Below, piece by piece: positions 63,485-64,000 of a stretch of 64,000 bases of DNA; position 1 is the stretch's first letter; every line of letters starts with the position of its first letter. The stretch comes from Bispira polyomma (lineage: Eukaryota), in NCBI GenBank assembly GCA_965649765.1, contig OZ287749.1, positions 23,250,001 through 23,314,000 on the forward strand, in the 5' to 3' direction. Position numbers and translations under genes: made by a program. Below the pieces are notes generated by a model that saw only the letters and a list, made by a program, of their open reading frames with translations, was not told where the DNA came from and searched no databases.

Positions 63485-63900
63485 ATATACCCCTCCAGGT
63501 TAAGTTTAAGTCTTTGCTTGATTTACCCTTGCTTAAAGCGTTGGTGAACAAGTGTGACATCATCTATTTGGGTCAGGTTTGCAAGGCTGTGTACCTTGTC
63601 AGTTTTTTTTTTTGTTTTTTTTTTGTTTTACCTTTTTATGTTTGTCTAACCTGTGCCCCCATTCGGTTGCTCGCCCTTAAGGCAACTTGCTAGGGCTCAT
63701 GTGCTGTTCAAACCTGCATGATGCTATTAAATTACTCTCTGTTCCTAGCATCCCAGAGTCGAGTTTGTGCCCAGTAAGTGCTTTGAGAAATTGCTTTGAG
63801 TATCACTCTCACGGCAAAAATCTTCCTTTGTTTCAATTTAAACTGCCTAGTTTGTCGGTACCTATCACCGATTCTAGAGTTTGCAGACAAACCTGAATTT
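63485..63900 (+). pseudogene. Ngaro-like tyrosine recombinase fragment
   Basis: PLQVKFKSLLDLPLLKALVNKCD..KAVYLVSFF..LSNLCPHS and LCPVSALRN..NLPLFQFK..PITDSRVCR align with the YR at 44760-45400. Confidence 0.8.
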
Positions 63901-64000
63901 TCTTTATCAACTCCTTCAGAACCACATCTTTAATTATTGAAATAAATTCATCAAAAATTAATCTGCGATTATTTGTTCTGGAGTTATATATGTATCACTT

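Overview
AT-rich eukaryotic, gene-poor region, most likely from a marine invertebrate (tentative, inferred from the SINE/LINE/DIRS repertoire). No intact host gene, rRNA, functional tRNA or CRISPR array is supportable. The window holds: (i) four decayed tyrosine-recombinase (YR) retrotransposons, all on the minus strand (Ngaro-like at 1-3.9 kb, 11.1-15.6 kb and 44.7-49.1 kb; DIRS1-like with a methyltransferase-like domain at 28.2-33.1 kb), plus a plus-strand YR fragment at 63.5 kb; (ii) two L2-clade LINE relics and one L1/Tx1-like relic; (iii) several tRNA-derived SINE families; (iv) TIR elements: a TTAA-flanked Kolobok-like MITE, a TA-flanked Tc1/mariner-like MITE, and an unclassified 1.1-kb TG..CA element with internal repeats and a basic ORF remnant; (v) a ~2.5-kb segmental duplication (4.9-7.7 kb vs 15.6-17.8 kb) containing an 88-bp perfectly identical island; and (vi) from ~20.7 to ~63.4 kb, an unexplained array of about five degenerate copies of a multi-kb, apparently non-coding unit with A/B alternation. 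Many of the TEs are nested in this array, so filled and empty insertion sites can be compared inside the window. All alignments were made by eye; identities and most boundaries are approximate.
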